DNA from: Balanoglossus misakiensis
Taxonomy: Eukaryota > Animalia > Hemichordata
Direction of reading: 5' to 3'
DNA: 64,000 nucleotides
Assembly (NCBI GenBank): GCA_040954595.2
Contig: CM082587.2
Span: 7,305,705-7,369,704, forward strand
The notes under the pieces are model-generated. The model had not been told where the DNA came from and did no database searches. It saw only the letters and a program-made list of their open reading frames with translations. Below, piece by piece: positions 28,401 to 41,379 of this stretch (position 1 is the stretch's first letter; each line of letters begins with the position of its first letter). A program made the position numbers and the translations under genes.

Positions 28401-31400
28401 CAACGCCTTCAACACAGCAACGCGGGCATCAAATCGTTTCATTTTCTGAGCATCAGAAATAAAATCACAACGGTTAAAGATATATGACTGCATTAGACCG
28501 GGTACAAACAGTAATTGTTGTAACCTTCGTTGATTTAGTTTTGAATCTCCCAATCTGTAATCAAGGCAAACTAACATGAACTACAGTTTCTTGCTCTACG
28601 CCATATTTCATGTCTAAATACCAAATGTTTACTGGTCAATAAAATACAGTAGACTGTCACTCCTGTCTGAGAGATTTGTCATGAAATGATGTCACCAATC
28701 CCCACAGAATTCTCGTTCATACACAACATGAAATCACTTACAGCAAATTGTGGGCAGACATCAGTGATGTTGCCATTGTCATCGATCATCGTCAGGAAAG
28801 GCAGATCGTGTCGTTTGCCGACATCGTAATCATTGTGATCGTGAGCTGGGGTGATCTTGACGGCACCTAAACACAAAACAGCAAAGGTGAATTATGTAAT
28901 ATATGGAAAATATTTTAGATATCATTATTATTTTGAGTCTACATATTCTCCATTGTCTGCATCATTGTAAACTGGCTGCCTGATTCCGGAAACAACTAGA
29001 TAAGGAGTGTGCATTTTGGCTGTACCCTTGTTCTTTTGTTTCTAGCAACCAGTGGACAGTATATCATAAAACACCTGATATGCGAGATCGTCCACTATTG
29101 TAATGAGTCTTGCTTTAGTCACAAGAAACTGTCACCAATGCCAACTCGGGTAGTGTTCTATACCCAACAAACTACACAAACCACAGTATCATGTAAGAGT
29201 GAGGACTTGTGTGGAGACTTACCGGTACCGAACTCCATATCCACAAACTCGTCGCAGACAACCGGCATGGGTTCGTTGCGGAACGGATGGATCACGTTTT
29301 TCCCGTGGAGATGCTTGTAGCGGTCGTCGCTGGGATGGACGGCCACAGCCGTGTCGCCTAACATGGTCTCCACACGAGTTGTTGCCACGACGATTTCTTC
29401 ATCTGTGGCCGTGAACAGAAAATGTAGATGACCATCAGGAAATATGACACTTTTACAAAATGTCTTCAAACTTACACTTTTTCTGTATCTTTTTGTTTAA
29501 ATGGATGATCTATCAGATTCACTTCTGTTTTCTCTTCAAGCTTATATAATCAACATACATTAACATACAGTCATGTGACTTACCTGAATCTTCCACCTGA
29601 TATGCAAATGAGACAAGCACACCAAACTCTACTTTCTTGTCATACCCAGGCACCGGTAAAAACGTTCGGCCGGGTAATTCCTTTTTGTCAACCTGTAAAT
29701 TCCAATATTATTAATTTTAAAGTACTACATGTATATAGATTACCAAACACATCACACTATTGTACATTACCACATTTCATGATAGTAGGAACACGGATCC
29801 CATTGGGAATGCAGAAAACATGAGAACTGACCTCTATATCAGATATGGCCGAATTCAACCGACAGGACCAGTTGACCAGTCGGTTGCTACGGTAAATCAC
29901 GCCTTCGTCGTGGAGACGCACAAATGACTCCTTGACAGCCCGGGAGAGTTTGTCGTCCATCGTAAAACAGGCACGGTCCCAGTCGTACGAGGAACCCATG
30001 GCTTTCAACTGTTCATAAATACGATCTCCTTTTCTGAAGACAGAAAGAAGAATACGTTTTTAAGTTGATATCTTAAGTAGAAAGAGAAAATAAATTTACG
30101 ATAAAATCCAAGCAATCATATATTTTCTTCACTACACAACAAAACCAACAACATACTCATTTTTCCATTTCCAGACTTCTTCCACAAATTTCTCTCTTCC
30201 CAAATCATGCCGGGTCAGTTGCCTTTCCCTCATCAACTTCTTTTCCACCACAACCTGGGTGGCGATTCCGGCATGGTCGCAGCCAGGATTCCACAGACTA
30301 ATCTCCCCTCTCATTCTGTGCCTAATAAAAACGTGAAGAAATGAAGACGCCAAAAGAATCAAATTGTGGCAGATCATTCTGGTTAAAAGACACTAATTCT
30401 GAAACTAGCATGATAAAAAGCTGTCATTCTTTGAAAAAAAATGACAAAGCATGTCTTGTATTTTCATGAAATCTGTCTACTTTTTTTTTCACAGCCTAAC
30501 AAAGTGATAACAGAATTTCCACCGCTTGAGGGAAGTGGGTGTGGAGGGGGATCAAGCATGAAGTGAAACCTGTCTACTAAGGACATCTTCGGGAACAGAA
30601 AAACTGTCCTGAATAGGGAGGTGTCCTTAATACACAGGTAGCATTCTATTCAAATTATAACTTTTGTCCTTAAAAATCTGTCCTTAATAGAGAGGTGTCA
30701 GTGTCTGCAAGGACAGTTTTCACTGTGCATGTAAATCACACTAAGACTTGGTACATACTCACCAGCGAGTCAGTGCATCTTGTACAGAACTGGTCAATGC
30801 ATGGCCTAAATGTAAGGACCCGGTCACATTTGGTGGTGGTATACACATCATGAACACCTTGGCCCCCTTCCCAACTTCCTCCTTAAGGGAACCTCTCTAC
30901 GATAAATAAAAACATAAACAAGCGTGGTTAATAATGTACTGCGATTCTGATATGTGATTTTATAATTAAAGCAACATTTTTGACAAAATGACCAAGAGGA
31001 AAGATGAACAGAGTATGATCTGGTGTGATGCTCTGATTGAGTATTTACAGCAACTTAAGAGCAAGTGAAAGAGATATCATGTAGGCTACAGTCAGATTGC
31101 CAACAGAGGCAATCTAAGTAGTAATGCAATTAATCTACAACCGGCCCTGTTATACCAAACTGTCTGCAAGAACAAAGATGGCAAAATCATGTCGTGATTA
31201 CTCACATTGTATTCTGGTTTGAAAAACTGCATCTTTTCCCACCATGGATACCAGGCAGCTTCCACATACCTGGGACTGTACGAGTCGGGCATTGCACATG
31301 TTGAATCTATTGGGAGAAATATTATATAGTCATTAATAAATAAGGCAAATTACATGATGAGCATAGTATATCATAATTTAATTAACCATTATACATATTT

Positions 31401-32657
31401 ATATTATACCAGTATATTGATGGTGTAAATCACGCTATTTGATTGGTCGAGACACGACACGTGACCGTGATATATTAGCCATATACCACAGTCATATATC
31501 ATAGTTAAAGAAAATGCCTTTTTAAAATGTTTTATGCAAAGTTTCAATATACTGGCATAATATAATAGCAATAAAACACCCCCAGCCATGGTATACCACT
31601 CGATTTTGACCAGTTCAACTCCATATACGCACTCGCTATCGCTCGTGCGTATATGTCGTGAACTGGTCAAAATCTCGTGATATACCATGGCTGGGGGTGT
31701 TTTATTGCTTAAGTATCTCAAGGCATCAAATTTATGTTTACTGTAAAAGAAACCATGCTTGTTGGGGGCAAATTGATGATGAGGGTTTGATAACTTTATA
31801 CTTTCTCTGCCCTGGCTCTTTTTTTTCGGTGCTGGCTGTTATGCACTGATACTCTGGAAGAAATGTCTGCTGAGAGCAATGCACACTTCGTTATACTAAC
31901 CTTTCTTCTCGCCCCATGGAGTTGGTATATCATACGTTATTACAGCCTTTGCTTCTTTTTTCTTCTTTTCTTTCTTTTTCTGAGGATGTTTTAAAATACA
32001 TGGTTAAACTATATAATGGTTACAGTCTTTTAATCAGTTTATGAAATACACAGCAGACATATATTACATGTAATATGTATATTTTCAAAGCAACTGATAC
32101 CGTGGTTTGAATGTTGATTAAATTATTTCCCAATTTACATGTAAAAAATATCATCAGATACTACTAAATACGATCTTGTTTAAAGTCGATCAGCAAAAAA
32201 TTGGTCATTACCACAATTCCACATTTCATGTATACTTGCCAAAGAGACAGTAAAGACAGGGGAGTGGTAGGGCAATGGGACCGCAGCGGTCAAGCATATT
32301 GTACAATCCCATTACTTGAAATGTTGGTACCTCGTTTTGGTTCCCTTGTGCCTTCGCTTGCTTCTCCTGCTTTTGCTTGAACTTATCCAGCTTGGCTTGC
32401 TTTTTAGCCTCCTTCTTCAACTGAGCCTCTGTTTTTGGTTGATCGCCCGTCGTGGCATCATTATTGGCATCGCCGGCGCCGGCTGCAGACGCCGGAGGTG
32501 TGTCGTTTCCTGTTTCCATCCCCTGCGAGGGTTTCTGTCCTCTGTCCGGCGTATGTAAGATTTCAGAAGAAATCAAACGACACTCGAGTCTAACCTGCTG
32601 CCCGATCGCTATATGCTTCAAGTTTCTCGTCAAATTTCTTGCAATTCCATGCAACAT
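22486..32657 (-). CDS. VARS1: Valyl-tRNA synthetase (VARS1-type), 23 exons, with candidate N-terminal mitochondrial presequence
   Basis: Exons (minus): 32657-32331, 31979-31901, 31306-31206, 30896-30763, 30321-30157, 30033-29832, 29692-29584, 29402-29223, 28866-28742, 28445-28342, 27859-27701, 27531-27441, 27287-27182, 27029-26959, 26557-26327, 26172-26025, 25753-25626, 24702-24547, 24152-23946, 23795-23684, 23488-23313, 22892-22743, 22554-22486. Motifs: [13 protein letters not shown] (HIGH), [83 protein letters not shown]-terminal coiled coil. Confidence 0.96.
22970..23222. mobile_element. piggyBac-like MITE with TTAA target duplication
   Basis: TTAA-CCCTAATGCT...AGCGTTAGGG-TTAA (10-bp TIR, 1 mismatch) in a VARS intron. 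Confidence 0.65.
24241..25207. repeat. Pair of ~187-bp direct repeats (24241-24428, 25021-25207)
   Basis: Near-identical blocks offset by 780 bp, in the two introns flanking VARS exon 24547-24702. Confidence 0.9.
30562..30725. mobile_element. Decayed pogo/Tigger-like MITE
   Basis: AGTGAAACCTGTC...GACAGTTTTCACTG ends and repeated GTCCTTAATA motifs; resembles 9394-9549. Confidence 0.5.
31403..31709 (+). mobile_element. IR-body-IR-hairpin element B
   Basis: 18-bp inverted repeats 31403-31420 and 31544-31561 (1 mismatch), followed by a hairpin at 31567-31709 with loop TCGCTATCGCTC. Confidence 0.72.
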
Positions 32658-33041
32658 ATGACCTTTTCTTTCGGAGTGATTGCATGAGAAATCGACCTTC
32701 TGCTACCACGCATGCCTTCAGCCTCGTTGTCAGTCGGAAAACCCGGAAGAAGTATTCTGACGCAAACCATGTTGTGTACTACGGACGGGGTAGGTCTGAG
32801 ACTTACTCAATATTTAAAAAAAACGCCAAGCTGGTTATTCAAGAGGTCATCAATTGTATATGCTTTACAATATACATTTTAATGCTTAAGTATATAATAT
32901 TCGTACCGAATAGATTTGAATGGTGATTAAATATACAGAAGGTGATAACCGTTCACACCTTCCCTTTTTTGAAGAATGGTCGAAGCCGAAACCTTATGGA
33001 AAAGCTCCGTGATCACGTGATTGGAGACCAAACCTGTCACG
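32658..33041. promoter_or_regulatory. Probable bidirectional promoter (VARS / GCLM)
   Basis: Divergent start codons 384 bp apart; ETS core CCGGAAG at 32743-32749, TGACGCAA at 32758-32765, palindromic E-box ATCACGTGAT at 33012-33021 overlapping ATTGG. Confidence 0.65.
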
Positions 33042-36000
33042 ATGGCGGACTTGGACGCACCGATGATACCATCAGCGACGAGTATTGTGATTCACAGCGG
33101 CAACATTATAAACTGGAACCGTCTGAAGAGGAAGACTACGCGAACCCCAGCGGAGGAGGTAAGGAGAAACTGCCTTGTTTGTTTCTGCAACCGATAGATC
33201 GCGGAAAATACCGGTCATCATCGCAGTTCGCACTACATGTACATATCTAATCTAGTGCGACATGCATGACACCGATACCAGCTCTTGCATGACGCTGTTT
33301 TCGTACATGTAAAAAACAAACTCCACGAAACAACTGTGGACTTATATCTCTTACTCAGATCTGAATGTCTTCGCTGAATCGACGTCTTCCGAATTGTATT
33401 TGAACACTGTTCCGCGACATTGGTCCTTGCTTGGTCTGTATCTAACCCGTAACCTCAATATTTACATAACAAAAAATAACGCACTTCAGTCCATAAAAAG
33501 TTGCATAGTCATGGTGAAAATCGCACTGTGGCGTGGGTGATTTTTTCTAAATTTTTACCACGGAATGGGTTTATTCGAAGCAATACGGGAAAAATTATTG
33601 TACAATGAATCCATATGATACACAAAGTGGAATAAAATGTGTTAGAAATATACATGTAAAGCACTTCTGTGCCTTCTGAAACTTAATTGTCAGTGCAAAC
33701 TGCTAAATTGTTGCAAAATAAATCGTTAATGAAATTGATGAGTGTCCATTATGTTTCAAAATTAGGAAAACGATTTAGACGACGGGATATTCCGGTAGTA
33801 GACCATGATGTTTTGGACCAATTATCTACAGTACTACAAGTCTCAGGATTTGTCTTGTGTTTAGGGTTTGACGGCAAAACAAAGTTGCCCCTCCCACATG
33901 TACCCAGGCCAGGTGCACCAAAAAGTGCACCACCACATGATCAAAAGAATTAAAGAATGCCCTTTTAACCAAATATGGTTGTTATGTAAAAATTGAGGTG
34001 CTGGTTACGTGGTATCTGTAACATCGTGGAATGCTAAGTTAAATCGAGTGACTGGGATTTCGTATCATGCATTGTATAACGGAAAGATTTGAAATGATTA
34101 TCAGTATCAAACCGTATCATCAACCTAACAAAATATCCATCTATCTGTATGTATTAATTTCACAGTTGTACGTGAGCCTTGTAGCCACACTGAACAGCTG
34201 GTTGAAGCACGTGGACAGAGACAATGTTCGAAATTTACAGAATGTGGAGTGCTTTGACACAAAATACATTGAAAAGATCCCGCGCGAAGAGAGGGATGAG
34301 CTGAAGGTCACGGTCAAACTGTTTGCTTCCAATCTGGAGCCCGACCTGATGAGGCAAGCCCTGGACAGAGGTAAGACGTCATTGCATATTTTTAGTGTTG
34401 TTAGGCCAAAGAAAAAAAACGGTATGGTTGGGTCAGGGGTAGACTCTCACAGCCCCTCTCGCTGTCCATGCAGGCTTATGGTCTGATTCTGAAGTCACGA
34501 GTCGAAGAACACTAGAAGAAAAAACAGCTGACGAATGTAACTTTCATCATATGGAGACTTTGAAGTAATGACATATTTCAAAAGGAGTTCTCCATATGTA
34601 GCACCTGTCGTATACCAATCAATCAAGTATTTATAAGGAAGTGTTCAATAGTGTATTACAGACTATCCTGTACATATACATTGACATGGAGGCCTTCTAA
34701 AAGACCCTTTTCCGGTTTTTCCAAGAAACACTTCGTCGATGTATACATGTATGCTGTGCAAATTTTGAAAAACCCAGATTCATGTTCTAAAACCTACCAA
34801 TGATGCAGTAATACCCCAATGTGTAATGAACACATACCGACATATACATATACAGTGATCTTATCAAGTCAACATTGTCTTTTTCCCTTTCATTTTGACA
34901 GTGTGCATCGAGCTTGACATCACCAAAGTGGATCTTCTGCTCTTGTCCATGCCGGAGAGACCGTTTGAGGAAGAATTAAACGTCGACCACTTCAAACCCG
35001 TGTGGGAAGTGTTGGAAGCATTGGTGGACGAGGGGAAAATCGAGTCCATCGGGGTCAGCGACCTGGACAAGACCATGCTGGAACAACTGCACGATTGGGC
35101 CAGGGTAAGGTTCTGGAATTCAGTTGCTGAGGTGGGAGGGGGATTTTCAGGTTAAGACAGGATACTAGAGGGGATTGACGACTATTATCAAAAGCAGGAA
35201 TGTTTATTTTTAGCTTTTACGATTACTAACCTCAGATTCTTGCAAATAGGGACTGTAAATCCACTGCATCTAAAATATTGTCTTTAAATTTCACAGATCA
35301 AACCTTCCATCAATCAAGTCAATCTACAGTCGTGTTGTAAGATGCCCCCAGACCTGGTAGAGTATGCCAGGGAGAAAGAGATACAATTATTGACACACTC
35401 TGACCCAAAAGGTATGTACATTTTTTCTCTCTGAAAAACCAAAATTAGATACTGAAAAAGGCAGCAACTGTAACTTTAAGTTAGTCTACAAATTTTGAAG
35501 GCAAAATTTTTTCAGTAGGGGTTGCAAAATGTGCCTGCCAGCAGAAATCCGCCATCTTGAATTTTTATCGCTTACCGATTAATTCCACAAATTTCAGCGT
35601 ATTTCAAAGGGCACTGTGGTCACAGACCCCTATACATGTATGTAGCATGTGTGAACATGTGAAGGTGCATGCCTGTAATTTTCAAAATTAGATTCAAATA
35701 ATAAGTGGGTGTTTCAAATTTCTTTAAATGGGACCGTCGTGTATTGGGAGATCACTAGCACCAGTGTTTTCCAATAACAAATTCAAGGACATACTGTTAC
35801 ACAAAGAGAGTGTATTGTTCCCTTTCTGTTCATGTGCCTACGTCAAGAAATGTGTACACGTCATATGTATGCTGTGAGGGACAGTACATTTTTCTGTATT
35901 GCCTGCTCTGTCTGTGTTGAAGTTCTATTGTGAAAATAATTGTCATTTTTGTGCAAATATTTTTTTATTTTTGAGAGTCAGGGTATAACTCTATCCGTAC

Positions 36001-36395
36001 ATTTGAAATTTTCTGTGTTGTTCACAACCCTCCCACATGACAAACTCAAAGCTGGACTGTCATCACTAGTAGAGCAGGCCTTCTTTCATAAGAACGGCAG
36101 TCGAAATTGTCATTTTCCTCTTATTTCTTTCTCGGACCTGGTAATCATATTGATTCTTGGACCTGATTTTATGACTTATTGAGTAACCATTTTTTGCGTT
36201 TTCCCTCTTGTAGAAATATTACCCGCCAAAGGGTTCCGGGACCTGATGAGTGACACGTGTCACCCTGACGACGGAATAAACTGGTACCCGTCATGGAGTC
36301 TGCGATACTCGGCCCTCATCAAATTACGGGGCATCATCAAGAGAAAAGGCTACATTGCACGCGCTCAGAGACTCAGCCAACAGGAGATGTTCTGA
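33042..36395 (+). CDS. GCLM: Glutamate-cysteine ligase modifier (regulatory) subunit
   Basis: Exons 33042-33158, 34166-34370, 34902-35104, 35297-35411, 36214-36395. Motifs: IHSGNIINWNRLKRK, EERDELKVTVKLF, GKIESIGVSDLD, PSINQVNLQSCCKMPPDL, QLLTHSDP, WSLRYSALIKLRGIIKRKGY. Confidence 0.93.
33498..33517 (-). promoter_or_regulatory. Antioxidant response element (Nrf2/CNC-sMaf site) in GCLM intron 1
   Basis: Minus strand TCACCATGACTATGCAACTT matches the extended consensus TMAnnRTGAYnnnGCRwwww with one mismatch in the w tail. Confidence 0.55.
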
Positions 36396-37246
36396 GCAAC
36401 GACTGTAGAATCACTCAGATAAAATAATTTATGGTGTAATTCACAAGATTTTTTAAAGACACTGTATTTTTTATGTATATAGTTTTTAAGAGATTTATTC
36501 TGTCAAATTGAACACAGTAGGTGATTTTCTTCACTTGTTGTCCGTTTGACGATTGATAATTTGCGAAAATCCACCGTATATGAACACTGTACCACATTCA
36601 GGGTTCTCCCAACGTTAGTCGGCCATGGTCGGGCGTGACCAGCACTCAAGTGAAAAAGCTAGCAAAGAAAGTCTGCCAGCAGGTACTGTTGTGTACTCAA
36701 TCTAGTCTGTTGTCTCATTTTGATACATTGATGAACAGGATTGACTTGCAACAGACATGAATATTAATGAGCACAAATATTAATGAACATGAATATTAAG
36801 GAGTAGTTGGCACTCAATGAAAGCTGGGCAGAACCCTGCACAGTAGGTTAACGTTTTCACCACTTGCTGTCCCAAGCAATTCTAAGTTACAATAGTACGT
36901 ATAGTTGTATGTTTCCCTGTCAACTTAAACCCAACTCTGAACAAAAACCAATGTTTTCTATGTAATATTATTCTAGATGAACTTTTAGGGGAACACAGAC
37001 TATTAATATAAGACATGTCATGTTTACAGGTGACCGAGAGTGCATGAATTATATCAGGGAGATTTTTTGACATTTTAAACAGTACATTTCAAGTAAAATT
37101 AAAATACCTCAGATTTTCATTCAGTCCAAGGACAATTATAAAAGTACATATATTTTGCTTGAAATGTTGCACAGCTGGAAAAATTTAGCTGGAGTCCCTG
37201 ACTTGTACGTTTTTTGACCTTTTTAATGGGACAGCAGTATCTGCTC

Positions 37247-37603
37247 AATTCTCCCTACCTTAAATAGGTTTTAAGCTACCCAAGTGAGTGATGAAAATCT
37301 CATATGGTCAACACAATTTCAAGATGGCCGATTTTTGCCATGTTTAAGAAATGGGAGCTAAAGTGATGATTGGCTATTCTGAAACTTTTTAACAGAAAAA
37401 AATAAGAAAATGTGAAAAATTTTAATGAGTTTAATAAGGTAACTACAAAGACAGACATGTTTGACCAAAGGAAGTCATGAAATACAGTATATATATCATT
37501 TCTTCTATCTCTTAGTACAGTACGGTTGGCGACTTTTCGCCCAGAATGCAATGTGATTGGACCCCCTAGCACAAAATGAAAACCTATTTAAGGCAGCCAG
37601 AAT
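37247..37603. mobile_element. TIR-bounded non-autonomous element
   Basis: CTACCTTAAATAGGTTTT (37255-37272) versus AAAACCTATTTAAGGCAG (37579-37596), extendable to AATTCT/AGAATT. Confidence 0.55.
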
Positions 37604-38394
37604 TATGTAAGCCTGTAAAATCACCCCACCAAGGTTTATTTTTGCTTCACAATGACAGAACTAGACTGTCTCTGTCGTTTCGGTTTCAAGGATGTTAATC
37701 CAGTGGCTACCATGGAGATGAATATAAATTGGGGTGGTTACCATGGAGAGTAAGACATTTTCTACTGTGTCTGTTCGAAAAACAATTTATGCGACGGCAA
37801 AATTTGCATTTTTGATTAACACGCAAGAAGACATTTGTACAAGAGTCTACTGGTACGCTTGACATAGTGTGTTCTTCCGGACAATCAAAGCCAACTACTA
37901 GTATGTCAACGATCACAAAACTTTGGTAAACACTTGTAAATAAATCTTCTCCAGTTATATAGGCCTAATGTGTAGGCTTATTACACTATCTAACCATGGT
38001 TGTATGTGTCGATATCAATACATCTCTGTTGAATACGGTCAAGAAAATAACCCATTGCCCACCCTGCGTATGCGTTAGTCCCAAAATTCCCCAAATCCAT
38101 AAGTTTGTAATACAACACCATAAACCATAATTTAAACCTAAAATGAAACATTTCAATGCAAAGTTAAAACAGGACAAATGGTTGAGGCAACTGAGCCGGA
38201 TTTCAGGGAGCAGACTTCGTACCTGCTGTAAATCCTTGCATTTAGAGTAAGACCAACAGTAATGTGAGGGCGTACCAAATAAGATCAGCTTAGCTTCACA
38301 AAGTCTTCAAGCGCCACTGTTGGGTTCACACCGGACAATTTACACCAGACTAACACACGTGCGCGTTTTTACTATAAATTCTCCACTTTCCCTA

Positions 38395-40596
38395 TCAACT
38401 TTTGAAGCTTAGATTGACCAATCCCGATGGGCGATTCTCCCGCCCCATGATGACGTCATCTCCGCCAGTCTGTGTCGCCGCCTCTGAATGGCAAACCTGA
38501 TGCAAATTGACGTCATCGGTGACTTCTTTGCTGGTAGCGTTCTCCGACATGCGCTGTCGTCTCGACGTGTAAGGTTCCATCACAAATATTATCAGACCGC
38601 CAAATGTAAGGAGCGCACCGTAGAAATAAAACGAGTTGTTGTAGTCGCCGGTGACGTCATATATGAAACCTTTGAAGAAGAAAAACGAAACAAAACTTAA
38701 TCACGACATTAAACTACTCAATCACTTATGTTTTATATTTAACTTTCAGCAGCCAGACGAGACTGTTTTACGGAACAAACCATTGCCAATGACATAGTCA
38801 CAGTGGTGTAATGGCTTAAGAAAACACTACAGAAATAAAACATGGTAGAATAAAAATAGGCAAGACGTGTAAATCACAAGACATTCACCACGGTTCGGAC
38901 ATTGCCTTTGGACGTGAAAATAATACAAACAAAATGGCAACCTTTTTGGCCACATTACTTAAATCACCGCAGTACTGTGTCCTGGTACCGGGCCCTGGTA
39001 TCAGTTTTAAAGGCCGTTTTCTCGATCCCAGGGCAGAACAATGAAGGCCAACAAGGAAGCCTTTGTGTTAACACGTAACTGTTTATTGGAAACATAAGAT
39101 TTGACTCACTGTTGAGCTAGGCCTTTAAAATTCTCTTGGTCCATCCTGTTTCAGTAATGATTGTGTATAGATGGACGGAGCCAACTCAATACGTCCCCCG
39201 AATTACGTCCATGTAAAACAACTTCCATGTCCCATTTTGCAAAGTATGCATGCCTGCCTGCGCCTAATATGGCATTCTGGTAGTCTGTACTAAATTGCCA
39301 AATTAACAGTATAGGAAAACTGAACTATTAAAAAGATTTATTTTGATATACCATTCCTTACCTGCACAGGGTGGGCCAATTAAGGATCCGAGGCCAATGA
39401 ACAGTGTCGATATTCCAGCGCCCGCTGTTAACATCTCACTTCCGAGGAGATCTCGAATAATTTGAGGTATCAAGCCGTAGACCAAACCAAAGAACGTACC
39501 AAAACAGACCGCGTAAACCATGTACGATGCATAGTTCGTTGCCAGAGAACTGGCCAGATTTGTCACTCCAGTGGAACAGGCGGCAAAGGCGAACACCTTG
39601 ATGCTTGTAGTGCATTTTTGAGTGACATGAAGAATTAACAAAATGGAAAACCTGCCCACTATTCCCGCCACACCGAACACGGAGACGATCAGAGAAATGG
39701 CCCTGGGAGAACCAAGATTTTTTGTCTCTGCACGTGCGAGTAGATGTGTTGGTGAACTAGAAATTCCTATCCCGACCGCCACGGTACTCGCCACCACAAA
39801 CAGTGCGAAGGTGGGAAAGTCGGTGAACACCCTAAAATCACACGTGTCGGTGATAAATTTTCCGCACTTCGCTGAAAGCTTGGTCTTCTGCAAGGCTGGC
39901 TGCTTGGAGGAGAGTTTGCGATCCTTTTGGGGAGCTCTGAACAAGGCGGCAGAGATCCCCATGTTGGCGTTGATGGCCGAGAACACGATGACGGCACCTC
40001 GCCAACCGTAGAAGTCGATCAACGTCTGCAATAGCGGCGGGAAAATAAAAACTGCCAGACCCGCTCCACTCGACGCCAAGACATTTGCCAAAGTGTACCT
40101 TTTCCTTACGTAAAGCGAAACTATTCCCACTGCAGCAGGCATCACCAGAGCATATCCGAGTCCTGTTGACGAAGTGTGTACTTTTTTGTAATATAATATT
40201 CTCCAACAATTTTGTGGTCAAATAAATTTCAATGTATGTTTGACTAGAACACCGCGTACATTGCTGGATGAAAAGTTATACGAAAACGAAAATGAACGAT
40301 TAGTATTAAATAATGTTCATCTATAAAAAATTAATCATTTTCCTATGTTCCAAAGACATCGTTTCTTACTGACAAAACAACACGAATTGGGTTTATTTGT
40401 TAGTTGCGAAGCACAGATTATGCCACTGAAAAGCACATATTATCAACTTACCCACAAGCAGTCCAATGGTTAAGTATAATAGCTCGATGCGATGTGCCCA
40501 TGCGCTCAAAAAGTAACCCGTTGACGAAAACAGAGTTCCGACAGCCACAGTCATTCGAAAACCAATTTTTTTAACACATACATTTGATAATGGGGC

Positions 40597-40673
<77 letters not shown>

Positions 40674-41379
40674 AACAATATATCGCTGACATATTTCATA
40701 AGTTTTCGTGCATGATCTCTGGATTTAACTGCTAATAAAAAGGTAATTTTCATATTTAATTTACTTATTAGCGATGTATTACTGAATTTACTGCATATAG
40801 TGATCCAGGCCTAACAGAGATCTGGTTGTTCTAGGAGACAATTGCTTGTGGCATTTTGTCAGGCAAACTATGCACACGTGAGCATATTCAGTTCATATGT
40901 GGCCTGTCTTTCGAAAGCAGCGTGTGGTTTTATGTGCATTGGACCGGATACAGTAGCTGGACGGTGTTGTTGGAAGTGCTGCGCAGATCAAGTGAAAGTC
41001 TAGCTGTGGTACGCTGCTGTACCTTGGGGGCTGATTACATGTCCGCGGGGGGTCTGCTTACCTATTTTGATTGCATTCGAAGGTTATAATGTACTTAGTA
41101 GAACTACACACTCCCAAAACGGGTCACATGCAGTAGAAACCTGTGCGCGTAACAAGGTAAAAACTTACCCAGTAAATACTCCATAGACATTAGCAATGCA
41201 ATGATCCACGATGTACGGGCCGATGTTTCTTCAAAGTGGTCTTGAATAATGACAAAGAGGGGACCGATAGCATGATACGCCCCAAATACATATATGCTGC
41301 AGACATGGGTGCCAAGAACAACCAACCACCCGACGCAGCCACCGTCTTTGGTCGCGGCTTCTGGGTTTTGGACGTCCAT
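38395..41379 (-). CDS. SLC16/monocarboxylate transporter family MFS protein (~476 aa, 4 exons)
   Basis: Exons 41379-41169, 40595-40452, 40162-39362, 38669-38395 total 1431 nt in frame. Motifs: DGGCVGWLVV (DGGWGW-like), YVRKRYTLAN, LIDFYGWRGA, LIGPPCAGFIYDVTGDY. Confidence 0.9.
40598..40668. repeat. (GA)n microsatellite forming the acceptor polypyrimidine tract of SLC16 exon 2
   Basis: On the minus strand, (TC)n runs directly into TAG at 40596-40598. Confidence 0.95.

Noticed and set aside
32942-33250. 102-aa ORF upstream of GCLM
   Set aside because: It is an alternative frame over GCLM exon 1; the conserved frame starts at ATG 33042.
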